Shown in pieces: positions 48,487-58,946 of a stretch of 64,000 nt of DNA; the stretch's first letter is position 1; every line of letters begins with the position of its first letter. A program made the position numbers and the translations under genes. The notes below the pieces were generated by a model. The model had not been told where the DNA came from. It was given only the letters and a program-made list of their open reading frames with translations, and did no database searches. Origin of the DNA: an uncultured Nitrospiraceae bacterium (GTDB taxonomy: Bacteria; Nitrospirota; Thermodesulfovibrionia; Thermodesulfovibrionales; UBA6898). The stretch lies in NCBI GenBank assembly GCA_963811165.1, contig CAWEQH010000010.1, forward strand, positions 448,001 to 512,000, given 5' to 3'.

Positions 48487-49509
48487 CTAGGGCGTGATGA
48501 TTACCTTTAGGGATTCCCCGGCAAGCTCGACAAGACGAAACCCTTCGGCCGTATCCTCAAGGGGCAGTCTGTGCGTAATCATGTCGCGCACATTCACCTT
48601 TCCCTGTCTGATGAGTTCCATGGAAGTCATATGCTCGCTATAATTGGCGGCGTAGGATGAGGTGAGCGTTATCTCATTACGCCAGAAGAGGTCGTTTACC
48701 GGAAGGGGGACTGATACCCCCTTGTCGGCGGGCGCAAAAAAAAGGATCGTACCCCCCCGGTCCACGGATTGAAACGCCTGCATAATGGCCCTTTCCGCAC
48801 TGGTCGTAACGACAACGATGTCCGCAGGTCTGCCCTTGTTTATATTTCTGAAAGTCACGGCCACGTCTTCCCCTGCATCGATCACCTCGTCCGCTCCTAA
48901 TCTTGCGGCGACCCCGCGTCTGTATTTATTAATGTCCGTCGCAACAACGAGAGAGGCCCCGAGTGCCCGGGCAAGTTGCACATGCAAAAGTCCGGAGATA
49001 CCGCTGCCGATGACCAGAACACTCCTATAACCCTGCGTTCCGGCAATCCTCTGTCCGCGATACACACAGGCCAGCGGCTCTATAAAGGTCGCTTCTTCAA
49101 AGGACATGCCTTCCGGAAGCAGATAGACTCCCCTGTCCACATTGATGGACGGCAGCCGCACGTATTCGCTGAACCCTCCGGGATAAAAATTCGTGCTCCT
49201 TAGGGTATCGCATACCGTCTCGTGCCCCTTCCGGCAGTAATGACATGTGTTGCAAGGTACATGATGTGATGCGCTGACCCTGTCACCGGCCTTGAAAGCG
49301 GTCACCCCTTCGCCTACCGCAGCGACCTCGCCCCCGATCTCGTGGCCGAGTACGACAGGCCCCCTGCCCTGCCTGTACCAGTGCATCACGTCGCTTCCGC
49401 ATATTCCGCTGGCCCTGATGCGGATGACCACCTCTCCGCGTCCGGCGCCGGGAACCGGCATATCCTCGATCCTTATGTCGCCGGAGCCATAGTATTTTGC
49501 CACCTTCAT
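48487..49509 (-). CDS. Zn-dependent alcohol dehydrogenase family protein
   Basis: GICGSD, GHE, CNTCHYC...C, GSGISG; start at MKVAKY. Confidence 0.9.
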   Translation of the reverse strand: MKVAKYYGSGDIRIEDMPVPGAGRGEVVIRIRASGICGSDVMHWYRQGRGPVVLGHEIGGEVAAVGEGVTAFKAGDRVSASHHVPCNTCHYCRKGHETVCDTLRSTNFYPGGFSEYVRLPSINVDRGVYLLPEGMSFEEATFIEPLACVYRGQRIAGTQGYRSVLVIGSGISGLLHVQLARALGASLVVATDINKYRRGVAARLGADEVIDAGEDVAVTFRNINKGRPADIVVVTTSAERAIMQAFQSVDRGGTILFFAPADKGVSVPLPVNDLFWRNEITLTSSYAANYSEHMTSMELIRQGKVNVRDMITHRLPLEDTAEGFRLVELAGESLKVIITP

Positions 49510-49531
49510 GGCCGTTCTCCGATTAACGCCT

Positions 49532-50872
49532 TCACGCGCTGATATCCACACCCGGGATTATAAGACTTGGGGCCCCGATATTTCCGTAGAACCTAAGGTC
49601 GTCGCCGACGGCCTCGATCTTTTCGAAGAACTCAAGGATATTGCCTGAAAGGACGGCCTCTTTCACGGGGAATGCAATTTCTCCTTTTTCAACCCAGAGT
49701 CCTGTCACTCCCACGGAGAAGTCGCCCGTAATAGGGTTTGCGGTGTGGATCCCCATCGCATCGGTCACATAGAGTCCCTTGTCTATCGCGCCAAATAACC
49801 TTCCCTTCGACACGACATGGGTCCCGGAAACCGGCTCCAGGAAAAGGTTCGATGCCCCCACAGAGGGCAGGGACGAAAACCCTCCTCTCGATGCATTCCC
49901 GGTAGAGACAACACCTGCCTTGCGGCCGGTATAGGTGTTGAAAAGATACGTCTTGAGAACTCCTTCCCGGATTACCGTCTTTTTTTGCGAGGGAACTCCT
50001 TCGTCATCGACCGGGCCGCTTCCGAGCTTACCATCAAGAAGACCGCTGTCGATCAGATTTATTCGGGAACTGACGACCTTCCTGCCGAGCCTCCCCGCAA
50101 GAAGGGACTTGCTTTTCTGCACCGCCTCCGAAGAAAGCGACGAGGCGAATATCCCCAGGAATTCGGCCGTCACAGAGTTGTCTATAATCACATCGCCCTT
50201 GCAGCCTGTGATTTTTCGGGAACCGAGCAGCCATGTCGCCCTTTGTGCGGCCCCCCTCCCCACACCTTCGAATGAAATACTCCTAAGAAAACATCCTGCA
50301 TCATAATCCCAACCGACCTGGCTCTCTCCGTTTTCTTCTGCAATCGCCGTCACCTGCGCGCTGCATGAAGTGGAGCCATAACCGACCTTGACCCCTTTAG
50401 AATTAGCGATCACCGTCTCGTAAAACCCAAACGAGCCGGAGGCCTTTCTCACCTTTTTGATACGACTATCGGACTCGTAGACAGACCTCTCCATAAGCAT
50501 GACCGCTTTGATCGCCTCTTCTTCGTCGGTCGTCCTCAACAGCGGGTCCATGACAGAAACATCCGCGGGCACCGCGGCTTCAGGCAGCCCAAGAAAGTCA
50601 TCAGGGTCCGAAAATCGCGCCGCCCCAAGGGCGTTGGCTACTACGGAGTCCCTGTCGTCTGCTTCCGTCGCATAGGAAAAACCGAGACGGCTGTCCCGGA
50701 CGACACGGAGCGAATACCCGAGGCCTGTAGAGGACTTAAGCGACTCGACAACTTGTTCTTTGATCTCGACCGTGAGGCTTTTTGATGTACTCACGTAGAC
50801 CTCGGCCTCGTCGGCCCCGTCCTTTATCGCCCTGGCCATGACCTCTTCGGCGAACCCCGTATCAATCTTCAT
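49532..50872 (-). CDS. TldD/PmbA family protein (PmbA-like)
   Basis: DDEGV, STGNASR, NPITGDFS; no HExxxH motif. Confidence 0.9.
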   Translation of the reverse strand: MKIDTGFAEEVMARAIKDGADEAEVYVSTSKSLTVEIKEQVVESLKSSTGLGYSLRVVRDSRLGFSYATEADDRDSVVANALGAARFSDPDDFLGLPEAAVPADVSVMDPLLRTTDEEEAIKAVMLMERSVYESDSRIKKVRKASGSFGFYETVIANSKGVKVGYGSTSCSAQVTAIAEENGESQVGWDYDAGCFLRSISFEGVGRGAAQRATWLLGSRKITGCKGDVIIDNSVTAEFLGIFASSLSSEAVQKSKSLLAGRLGRKVVSSRINLIDSGLLDGKLGSGPVDDEGVPSQKKTVIREGVLKTYLFNTYTGRKAGVVSTGNASRGGFSSLPSVGASNLFLEPVSGTHVVSKGRLFGAIDKGLYVTDAMGIHTANPITGDFSVGVTGLWVEKGEIAFPVKEAVLSGNILEFFEKIEAVGDDLRFYGNIGAPSLIIPGVDISA

Positions 50873-51233
50873 AATATGACGCTGAAGCGCTTTCCGATTC
50901 CCATACGGTCACCGCGGCGGTCCGCAGGTTTCCGTTGTTGATCTTCTTCTTAAGAGAATCGAATATCCATTTCGCTACGTTTTCCGATGAGGGGTTCTTT
51001 TCGGTAAACGGGAACACATCATTTAAGAAGGCATGGTCCAGCGGCGCAACGACCTCCTGCGCGATCTTCTTGAGGTCGTGAAAGTCTATCGCAATATCGA
51101 GTTCGTTGAGCCTTTCGGCCGAAACACTTATCTGGACCCGCCAGTTATGGCCGTGCAGGTTTTCGCATTTTCCTTTGTACCCCCGCAGCTGATGCGCGGC
51201 GGCAAATCCCACTTCTATTGATAATTCGTACAT
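50862..51233 (-). CDS. queD: 6-carboxytetrahydropterin synthase
   Basis: FAAAH, CENLHGHN, LDH, PSSEN, VWES. Confidence 0.95.
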   Translation of the reverse strand: MYELSIEVGFAAAHQLRGYKGKCENLHGHNWRVQISVSAERLNELDIAIDFHDLKKIAQEVVAPLDHAFLNDVFPFTEKNPSSENVAKWIFDSLKKKINNGNLRTAAVTVWESESASASYYED

Positions 51234-51247
51234 GAGCTACCTCCGGA

Positions 51248-51769
51248 CTAAGTCGTCTTTTTGAAAATGGATATATAGGGCAGGTTTCTGAATTTGTTGT
51301 CGTAATCGAGGCCGTATCCCACCACGAATTCATTAGGTATAGAGAAACCGACATAATCGAGCGGCACCTGCACTTCCCTCCTGCCGGCCTTGTCGAGGAA
51401 CGTGCAGATCCTGAGGCTTCTCGGGCCCTTCATGAGTATCCGCTCCCTGATGCAATTGAGCGTTATGCCGGTGTCTACGATGTCTTCCACGAGAAGGACG
51501 TCCTTATCGGCGATCTCCTCCCTTACGTCATAATGCAATTTCACCTCACCCGTCGAGCCGCATTTGAGATAGCTCGACGCGATCAGAAAATCGACCATAA
51601 GCGGCGTTCTGATCATCCGTACGAGGTCGCTGAAAAAAACGAACGCCCCTTTCAGAATACCTACCGCAAGGAGGTCCTTTCCCTCGTATTCCTCGGATAT
51701 GACATCCGCAAGTTCCTTCACCTTCCTCTGTATCTGCTCCACGGTCAAAAAAGGTCTGCCGACTACCAA
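51248..51769 (-). CDS. hpt: Hypoxanthine phosphoribosyltransferase
   Basis: ILKGA, VEDIVDTGIT, FVVGYGLDY. Confidence 0.95.
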   Translation of the reverse strand: MVVGRPFLTVEQIQRKVKELADVISEEYEGKDLLAVGILKGAFVFFSDLVRMIRTPLMVDFLIASSYLKCGSTGEVKLHYDVREEIADKDVLLVEDIVDTGITLNCIRERILMKGPRSLRICTFLDKAGRREVQVPLDYVGFSIPNEFVVGYGLDYDNKFRNLPYISIFKKTT

Positions 51770-51941
51770 TTCATTCCTCCTCGGTCAATGTATACGTTCT
51801 ATATTACCTGCCGGCGTTGACTATTCTCAACAAAAAACATCGGCGAATGGCGTGGAGTTTATCAAAAATGCCTCGATAAAGCCCGGTTCTTTTCAGGGGC
51901 AACTCCTGGGGGGAAGACAGAGCGTACGCATCTGAGCAGAT

Positions 51942-53210
51942 TCATTCAGTAATACACTTTTGGCCGGTCCGGCTGTAATTCACCCCTTTTTCGGCCCCTT
52001 CGATCCTGAAAAGCGGCTCTCCCTTGATCAGTTCCCCAAGCCTTTCGGGCGCCAGATGATTATAAAAAACAGGCTCTACCAGGTCACCGCCATTGCGATA
52101 GCCGATCACATTTTTTCGTAACCCCTCATCCTTAAGAATAATATCCGTGATCTGGAGTTTTCGGTAGAGCCTGATGTAGGTATTGATCCCGACGCTGTCG
52201 GGCTGGACCCTTCTGAAGAGATCGAGATAAAAGAAAAGCGTCTCATCCTCCTCATAGGGAAAACCGCAAAGAAAATCCACTACAATCCTGAGCCCGCTTG
52301 ACTTAGCGAGGAATATGATCTTTTCGATGTCCCCCCAATATAAAGGACACTTTTTCCAGGAATCCACGGCAAGCGTGATGAGAGATACCCCGCTCTCCTT
52401 CATGAGCCTGAAGAGCTTCTTATTATAATTAGCAGGTTTCATATAAAGGGCCCATTCAATGCCCAACCCTTCTTCCTTCAATGCCTTGCAGAAATCCAAC
52501 GCGTAATCGAGGTCTTCGTTAAATTCGGAGTCGCAGAGGTGGAAACGCTTACATCCGGAACCGGCGAGATGCCGGATCTCTCCGACAACATCCTGAATTT
52601 TCTTGAACGACACCTTAGTATTCGCTTCGCTGCAATACACACACGACGAACTGCAGCCCTTGTGGGTATCGAAGCCTGCAATGCCTCCGCCCCGGAAATA
52701 TCTCCCGTAATCTATTTTGTCGGGCCTGCGCGGACACGAAATATCATATCGATAGTTTCGGAGACGTATCCGTTTATTCAGGTTCTCTCCCCGAAGGATG
52801 TCTGCAAGCAATTCGTTGATGCACCCTTCTGCAGGACCCGACACCGCGTAATCGGCGCCCAGATATTCGAGAACGCCCTCGGGATCGGTCGTCACGCCCG
52901 TCCCCCCCACAATCACCTTCAGCCCCCAGAGCCTTCTTATGTGGGATATGAGATCTCTTACCCCATCGAGGAAGAATTCGTTTGTCTGGTACAGGACCGT
53001 ATCCACATTCCTTACGCTCAGCCCGACAATGTCAGGCTTGAATGAAACCACCGACTTGTCCATATCTTCGCAAGGCGAATCCGAAAAACAGAGGTCGAGT
53101 ATCTCCGTCTTGTGACCGGATTCATCAAGCGTGCCGGCCACGTGCTCGAGCCCTATCGGCGGCACAGGCGGATATTTATACCTGTTGGGGTTAATCAGCA
53201 GGACCCTCAT
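51942..53210 (-). CDS. B12-binding radical SAM protein
   Basis: PPIGL, GLSVRNVD, KGCSSSCVYC, CDSEFN. Confidence 0.85.
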   Translation of the reverse strand: MRVLLINPNRYKYPPVPPIGLEHVAGTLDESGHKTEILDLCFSDSPCEDMDKSVVSFKPDIVGLSVRNVDTVLYQTNEFFLDGVRDLISHIRRLWGLKVIVGGTGVTTDPEGVLEYLGADYAVSGPAEGCINELLADILRGENLNKRIRLRNYRYDISCPRRPDKIDYGRYFRGGGIAGFDTHKGCSSSCVYCSEANTKVSFKKIQDVVGEIRHLAGSGCKRFHLCDSEFNEDLDYALDFCKALKEEGLGIEWALYMKPANYNKKLFRLMKESGVSLITLAVDSWKKCPLYWGDIEKIIFLAKSSGLRIVVDFLCGFPYEEDETLFFYLDLFRRVQPDSVGINTYIRLYRKLQITDIILKDEGLRKNVIGYRNGGDLVEPVFYNHLAPERLGELIKGEPLFRIEGAEKGVNYSRTGQKCITE

Positions 53211-53335
53211 AGCACTATTGTAATTATCGGGCGATGGGAATGTCCAGACACCCTCGCTTTCGGAGATGCCTTGTTGTATCGGCTCCTGTAATGAGGTAAT
53301 CTTATACTAACTTCTGCAGTTTCAAGGAGGTTTGA

Positions 53336-54568
53336 GTGTCTCATCCGAGGATCCTTGCGTTTGTCCTTGCCGGAGGCAGGGGGAAGAGGCTTTTCCCTTT
53401 GACGTCATTCCGTTCTAAGCCGTCTGTCCCGTTTGGCAGCAGGTATAGGATAGTCGATTTCGTTCTGAGCAATCTCGTGAATTCACGGATCTATTCGATC
53501 TACCTGCTTGTGCAGTACCAGTCGCAGTCTCTCATTGAGCATGTAAGGCAAAACTGGGTGCTTTCTCCCGTCCTCAGGGACCATTTTATCACTGTCGTCC
53601 CTCCGCAGATGAGGACGGGTCCCGAATGGTTTGAGGGCACTGCGGATGCGGTCTTTCAGAATATCAACCTTATCCGTGCATTCAACCCCGAGTTGGTCGT
53701 GGTCTTCGGCGCAGATCATATTTACCGGATGGACATCAGGCAGATGATTGATTTTCATCTGAGCAAAGACGCTTCGGTGACCGTTGCGGCAAGGCCTGTC
53801 CCTGTCGGGGAGGCCTCGTCTTTCGGGGTCATCGTATCGGACAGCGACCATCGGATAGTCAGCTTTCAGGAGAAACCGCGGCAGCCGGTCTCTATGCCCG
53901 GTGATCCTACGCGCTCTTACGTCTCGATGGGCAATTACATTTTTAACAGGAAAGTATTGGAAGATGCACTGGCCCGGGCGCAAAGGAAGAAACAGAATGA
54001 TTTCGGTGCTCACGTGTTACCGGACATCGTTGATACTGGAAAAATATTCGCCTATGATTTCTCGACGAATATCATAGCGGGCACGACGCCCCACGAGGAA
54101 AAAGGCTATTGGCGGGACGTGGGAACAATACCGGCCTTCTTCGACGCTAATATGGATATTCTGGGCCGTTCTCCCAAGTTCGCAATCGATAATGCGAACT
54201 GGCCGATCCACCCCTCCAGGTACGAAGGTTCCTCCGCCAGAATAGTGAGGGCGGATATCAAAAACAGCATACTTACCGAGGGGGTCTTCATCCAGAAGGC
54301 CCGCATAGTCAACTCCATTATCCGCAGCGGGGTGACTATCGAAAGCGGGGTGAGTGTGGAAGACTGCATCATCATGGACCGCGCGGTTCTGAAGAGGGGA
54401 TGCAGGCTTAAACGGGTAATCGTGGACAAAATGAATGTCATAGAAGAAAACGAACGGATCGGATTCGACACCGAGGCGGACCGTTTCCGCTGCCACATAG
54501 ATTCTTCGGGTATAGCCATCGTGCCGCGGGGTGGCAGGACGAAGAAAACGCACCGCCCGAAGGGATGA
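53336..54568 (+). CDS. glgC: Glucose-1-phosphate adenylyltransferase
   Basis: LAGGRGKRL, KPSVPFG, GTADAV, DHIYRMD, EKP, SMGNYIF, YWRDVGT. Confidence 0.96.
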   Translation: MSHPRILAFVLAGGRGKRLFPLTSFRSKPSVPFGSRYRIVDFVLSNLVNSRIYSIYLLVQYQSQSLIEHVRQNWVLSPVLRDHFITVVPPQMRTGPEWFEGTADAVFQNINLIRAFNPELVVVFGADHIYRMDIRQMIDFHLSKDASVTVAARPVPVGEASSFGVIVSDSDHRIVSFQEKPRQPVSMPGDPTRSYVSMGNYIFNRKVLEDALARAQRKKQNDFGAHVLPDIVDTGKIFAYDFSTNIIAGTTPHEEKGYWRDVGTIPAFFDANMDILGRSPKFAIDNANWPIHPSRYEGSSARIVRADIKNSILTEGVFIQKARIVNSIIRSGVTIESGVSVEDCIIMDRAVLKRGCRLKRVIVDKMNVIEENERIGFDTEADRFRCHIDSSGIAIVPRGGRTKKTHRPKG

Positions 54569-54593
54569 TAACTTCTCCTTAATTGCTCGCATT

Positions 54594-55496
54594 CTATTTG
54601 ATAAAAGTGCCGTTTCGGTATTCTTCAAATGCGACTTCCAGTTCCTCCTCCGTATTCATCACGATCGGGCCATACCACGCCACGGGTTCGCCGATGGGTT
54701 TGCCCGATATGAGCAGGAACCGGACGGGTTCCCCTTGGGCGGAGACTGTTACTTGATCTCCGTCGTCAAAGAGCACCGCAGTCCCGTTATGGATGTAGGG
54801 ATCACGCTTCATGTCAAAATAGTTCTCGCCGAGGGCATCGTAGGCAAAGGGGTTCTTCTCATTGCAAAAGACGCCCTTGCCCCCGATCACGTAGGCAAAG
54901 ACCGTGTGGCCGCGTGGGGTCAGGTGGACGAACTCGGAAAGGGCCGGAAGCGAAATATCGAGATATTCAGGCTCGATTACGATGTCCATGACCGGGCCCT
55001 GCCTACCCTCTACCGTTCCGCAGATGACTTTTATCTTCGCACCACTCTTGGTGACGACCTCCGGCACCTGCGAACTCTTGATATCACGGTACCGGGGTTC
55101 CATCATCTTGTGTGATCCGGGGAGGTTGGCCCAAAGCTGAAATCCCTCCATGACCCCGTCGTTGTCTCCCCGCGGCATCTCCTGATGGATGATGCCGCTT
55201 CCCGCAGTCATCCACTGCATGTCTCCAGACGTGATGACGCCCTTGTTGCCCATGCTGTCTCCGTGCTCCACATCGCCCTTGAGCACGTAGGTAATCGTCT
55301 CAATGCCGCGATGCGGATGCCAAGGAAACCCCTTGATATACTGATAGGGATCGGTGTTGCGAAAATCGTCGAGCAGTAGAAAGGGGTCGAAGAGCGGGAC
55401 CTCGCTGTTGCCAAAGACCCGCCTGAGATGGACTCCTGCGCCTTCCAGTGTGGGTTTGCTTTTGAACACCTTTCTGATCTTTCGGTTTTCAGTCAT
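54594..55496 (-). CDS. Pirin family protein
   Basis: DPFLLLD, HPHRGIET, WMTAGSGIIHQE, QLWANLP. Confidence 0.95.
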   Translation of the reverse strand: MTENRKIRKVFKSKPTLEGAGVHLRRVFGNSEVPLFDPFLLLDDFRNTDPYQYIKGFPWHPHRGIETITYVLKGDVEHGDSMGNKGVITSGDMQWMTAGSGIIHQEMPRGDNDGVMEGFQLWANLPGSHKMMEPRYRDIKSSQVPEVVTKSGAKIKVICGTVEGRQGPVMDIVIEPEYLDISLPALSEFVHLTPRGHTVFAYVIGGKGVFCNEKNPFAYDALGENYFDMKRDPYIHNGTAVLFDDGDQVTVSAQGEPVRFLLISGKPIGEPVAWYGPIVMNTEEELEVAFEEYRNGTFIK

Positions 55497-55640
55497 GGTA
55501 CCCTCCTTTTAACGCGCCGCATCCAAGCGGATAAAGCGTTTTTGGTCACCGCCTCCCTCCGGGTGTGTTCGTCGCAACCCGGACAAGTAGCCGCCCTCAT
55601 GCGAACTCCCTCCAAATGCCGGGACAATGAAACCCACAAA

Positions 55641-56045
55641 TTAGCGATGGCGGCGGAACTGCTGGTGAGGGATCCGTCGATAGTGCCAAGGATGACCATT
55701 CCACATGCGACTCCTGTAGTAGCCTCTCCAACCTGGGTTTACATGACGATAGAAGCCCGGGACACCACGACTATAATAACCCCAGCCCCGATCATAATAG
55801 CGCGAGCGATACCAATGACCTCCCCAAGGACGCCACCACCACCCATTCCAGAAAAAGAGGTCTACCCCAATCTCAGGAGCAACGTAAACACCAGGGGCAT
55901 CAGGCATCACTACCAGATCCGGTGGTGCGGCAACGATGGGCGGCGGCAGAGCAATACCAACGTTTACATTTACCCTTGCCATCGCGGGGATATGAACCAA
56001 CATCAAAACAAAAACCGAAGCTATACACAATATTAACTTCTTCAT
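55641..56045 (-). CDS. Secreted Pro/Trp/Gly-rich protein (YXWGXW-like)
   Basis: Signal peptide, VNVNVGIALPPP, WWWRPWGGHWY. Confidence 0.7.
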   Translation of the reverse strand: MKKLILCIASVFVLMLVHIPAMARVNVNVGIALPPPIVAAPPDLVVMPDAPGVYVAPEIGVDLFFWNGWWWRPWGGHWYRSRYYDRGWGYYSRGVPGFYRHVNPGWRGYYRSRMWNGHPWHYRRIPHQQFRRHR

Positions 56046-56134
56046 ACAGCCTCCTATTCTAAAAATATCCCGAGCACTCTCAGGATTTAATCCTCATTCG
56101 TAATCACATTTTTTAATTCGCTTACATTAATTGT

Positions 56135-56485
56135 TCATCCTATCATCTGTTGTAGTGTAACGAGCAAAGAAAGCATTTTTAGGCTTAGCGTTTCAAATGT
56201 GATCAATGCCTGTCTGACAGCCGCGGTATCCCTCTGCCCCCCGAGTCTGACGATGCGCAGGGCAGTTTCATGGAGCTGCTTATGGATGTCCTCAATTTCA
56301 GCAATTTCTCTCATTGTCCCGTATCGGCTCAGTCCCTCAGAATAGAGCCATTTTCCAAAGTCGCAATCTTTGTGAGAGCCGATGTCATATTCAGTGACAT
56401 TATCTTTATCCTCAAGAAACCCCCTCAGTCTTACTCTCCATGAAAGGTAATGTATTATTGCATCCAGAAAATCTATATTTGCCAT
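56135..56485 (-). CDS. Stand-alone CZB (chemoreceptor zinc-binding) domain protein
   Basis: H...W, SHKDCDFGKWLY, HKQLH. Confidence 0.85.
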   Translation of the reverse strand: MANIDFLDAIIHYLSWRVRLRGFLEDKDNVTEYDIGSHKDCDFGKWLYSEGLSRYGTMREIAEIEDIHKQLHETALRIVRLGGQRDTAAVRQALITFETLSLKMLSLLVTLQQMIG

Positions 56486-56984
56486 TTCGTAAGCACCACG
56501 ATCAACAGCATCCTAGCCTAAAGTATTGTCGTTTTCTGTTTCATAATCCGGCACTTTAAAGAAATTATTATTATTTCTCTTCTCCCAAGGGTCTGGGTTT
56601 GTTAAGGATTGTATCTTAATTTCATTTAACCATAAAAAGTGCAATTGTCAAACTGTAACCTCCGTCGGGTCAGGCTGCTTTCGATGAGTGTCAACTGCAT
56701 TTTTTCGCTAGGCTGCCGCCGCACACCCATCATAACTTTTGTCCTCCAAATTCAGGATTCGTGAAGCAATAAACTGGAGAGGAAATCAGGTCTCCTATTC
56801 CGGTCGTAATCTTCGCATAATTTCGTCCCGCCTGAAACTATCGGTTGGTGAAGTCAATAATTCCAGGGATATAATGCTTCAGGGTCAAAAGTCATGGTCA
56901 GAGAGTTTGCCATCCTTACTTTTCCGATTTGCGCCCGCAGTGGCATTATTATTGAAAATGACTCTGAAAAATAACAGACGGACA

Positions 56985-58703
56985 TCAGTCGGCGTCGAGG
57001 AAATGTACGAGCGTCCCCCGCTTTTGCGCGCCGTATCTGAATATGGTTATCCCCTTGCAGCCCTTCTCATACGCCAGGAGGTATGCGCTGGCGACGTCCT
57101 CCTTTTTAGCGCTCTTCGGCAGATTGATCGTTTTTGAAACCGCATTGTCGGTATATAATTGAAAGCGGGCCTGCATCTCTATGTGGTCGGCATAATTAAT
57201 CTGGTGAGCGGTCTTGAATAACCGTTTGACCTTATGGGGGACTTCCCGGACCCCCCGGAGGTTCCCCTGCAGAAGGATTTTTTCCTTCAGTTCTTCGGAG
57301 TAGAACCCGAGTTCCTTCGCGGTCTCAAAAAAATGCCTGTTCAACTCATCCAGTTCAGTGTCCATAATAAGTCTCTTGTACGCAAGGGCAAAGAGCGGTT
57401 CGATGCCGCTTGAACAGTCGGCAATAATTGATAGCGTGCCTGTCGGTGCTATAGTCGTAGTCGTAGCGTTTCTCACCGCCGGCATTCCGGTTTCATCGTA
57501 TATGGAACCCTTGAAGTTGGGGAATACGCCCCTTTTGTCTGCAAGGTCCGCAGAGCACTCTCTTGCCCTGTCTCTAAAGAACTTCATGAAATTCTCAGCG
57601 AGGTTGAACGCCTTGGGGCTGTCGTAGGCCACCCCCAAAGATATCAGCATATCTGCCCAGCCCATTACCCCAAGTCCGATCTTCCTGTTACCCTTGTGCA
57701 TGGCCTCGATAGCGGCCAGTGGATATTTGTTGATATCGATCGTGTCGTCGAGAAACCTCACGGCGGTAGCGATATCTTCGGAAAGCGCGGTGAAATCTAT
57801 GGCCGTTCGACCCGCCTTTTTTGTCACATACTTGTTGAGGTTAATCGAGCCGAGCACGCACGCCTCGTTGGCCAGAAGCGGCTGTTCCCCGCAGGGGTTC
57901 GTCGATTCCATCCTGCCTATATGCGGAGTCGGGTTTGCCCTGTTTATCGTGTCGATAAACACTACCCCCGGATCACCCGTTTCCCAGGCGCTCTCCACGA
58001 TCTCGTCAAAGACATCCTTCGCCCTGATTCTCCTGTATACTTTCTTCGTCCTCGGATTAAGGAGTTCGTACTCGCCGTCCCTGCGCAGGACATCCATAAA
58101 GGCGTCCGTCACAGCAACGGAAATATTGAAATTTTGCAGCTCCTCCGCATTCCTTTTGATCTTTATGAACTCCAGTATGTCGGGGTGCTCGACGCTCAAT
58201 ATACCCATATTCGCCCCACGCCTTGCGCCCCCCTGTTTTATCACTTCGGTCGCGGTATCAAAGACCCTCATAAAGGACACCGGACCGCTGGCGATACCGC
58301 CCGTAGAGCGGACAACGTCGGCCTTCGGCCTCAGGTGCGAAAAAGAAAAACCCGTTCCTCCCCCGCTTTGAAGGATCATCGCCGCGTCTTTCAGAGAATT
58401 GAAAATGCTGTCAATCGAATCCTCCACCGGAAGCACGAAACATGCGGCCAGCTGGCCGAGCCTTTTCCCCGCGTTCATCATGGCAGGAGAATTCGGGAGA
58501 AATTTGAGGTCCTTCATAAGATCAAAAAAGCGTTCGGTCCAGTGGCCCGCATCCCCGCCGTATTTATTTTCCGCCGCTGCAACGCTCCGGGCGACTCTTA
58601 AAAACATCTCCTCCGGCGTCTCAGTTATCCTGCCGGTCTCATCCTTCAAAAGGTATCTGTTCCTCAGGACAACCTTTGCATTCTCACTCAATGCCATAGG
58701 CAC
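56985..58703 (-). CDS. nrdJ: Adenosylcobalamin-dependent (class II) ribonucleotide reductase
   Basis: FLPNSP, ACFV, QGGARRGANM, TNPCGEQ, APTGT, SKTIN, KGITIFR. Confidence 0.93.
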   Translation of the reverse strand: MPMALSENAKVVLRNRYLLKDETGRITETPEEMFLRVARSVAAAENKYGGDAGHWTERFFDLMKDLKFLPNSPAMMNAGKRLGQLAACFVLPVEDSIDSIFNSLKDAAMILQSGGGTGFSFSHLRPKADVVRSTGGIASGPVSFMRVFDTATEVIKQGGARRGANMGILSVEHPDILEFIKIKRNAEELQNFNISVAVTDAFMDVLRRDGEYELLNPRTKKVYRRIRAKDVFDEIVESAWETGDPGVVFIDTINRANPTPHIGRMESTNPCGEQPLLANEACVLGSINLNKYVTKKAGRTAIDFTALSEDIATAVRFLDDTIDINKYPLAAIEAMHKGNRKIGLGVMGWADMLISLGVAYDSPKAFNLAENFMKFFRDRARECSADLADKRGVFPNFKGSIYDETGMPAVRNATTTTIAPTGTLSIIADCSSGIEPLFALAYKRLIMDTELDELNRHFFETAKELGFYSEELKEKILLQGNLRGVREVPHKVKRLFKTAHQINYADHIEMQARFQLYTDNAVSKTINLPKSAKKEDVASAYLLAYEKGCKGITIFRYGAQKRGTLVHFLDAD

Positions 58704-58797
58704 ATTATATCAAACGTCCGGCGACTCACAAACGAAACGATTAATTAATAGCAAAATACGTAAAGCCCGAAACCAGCAAGCAATCCAAATAATGAAG

Positions 58798-58851
58798 CGT
58801 TACACAGCCATGACTGTTTGAACCCGAAGGGTGAGTTTCATGGCTGTAACG
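58798..58851. repeat. Intergenic hairpin (REP-like)
   Basis: CGTTAC-ACAGCCATGA ... TCATGGCTGTAACG stem with an inner ACCC-GAA-GGGT hairpin. Confidence 0.55.
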
Positions 58852-58946
58852 GAATGAACTTAGAACCTCAGGAAAAGAGCCTCCTAAGCGAAAGACAGCC
58901 CTTCCACCTCCCCGGTAGTCGGGTCTGAGTAGTCTGAAAGAAGGGA

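Noticed and set aside
58895..58946. Hairpin after pth resembling an S6:S18 leader
   Set aside because: No rpsF downstream and only a weak match
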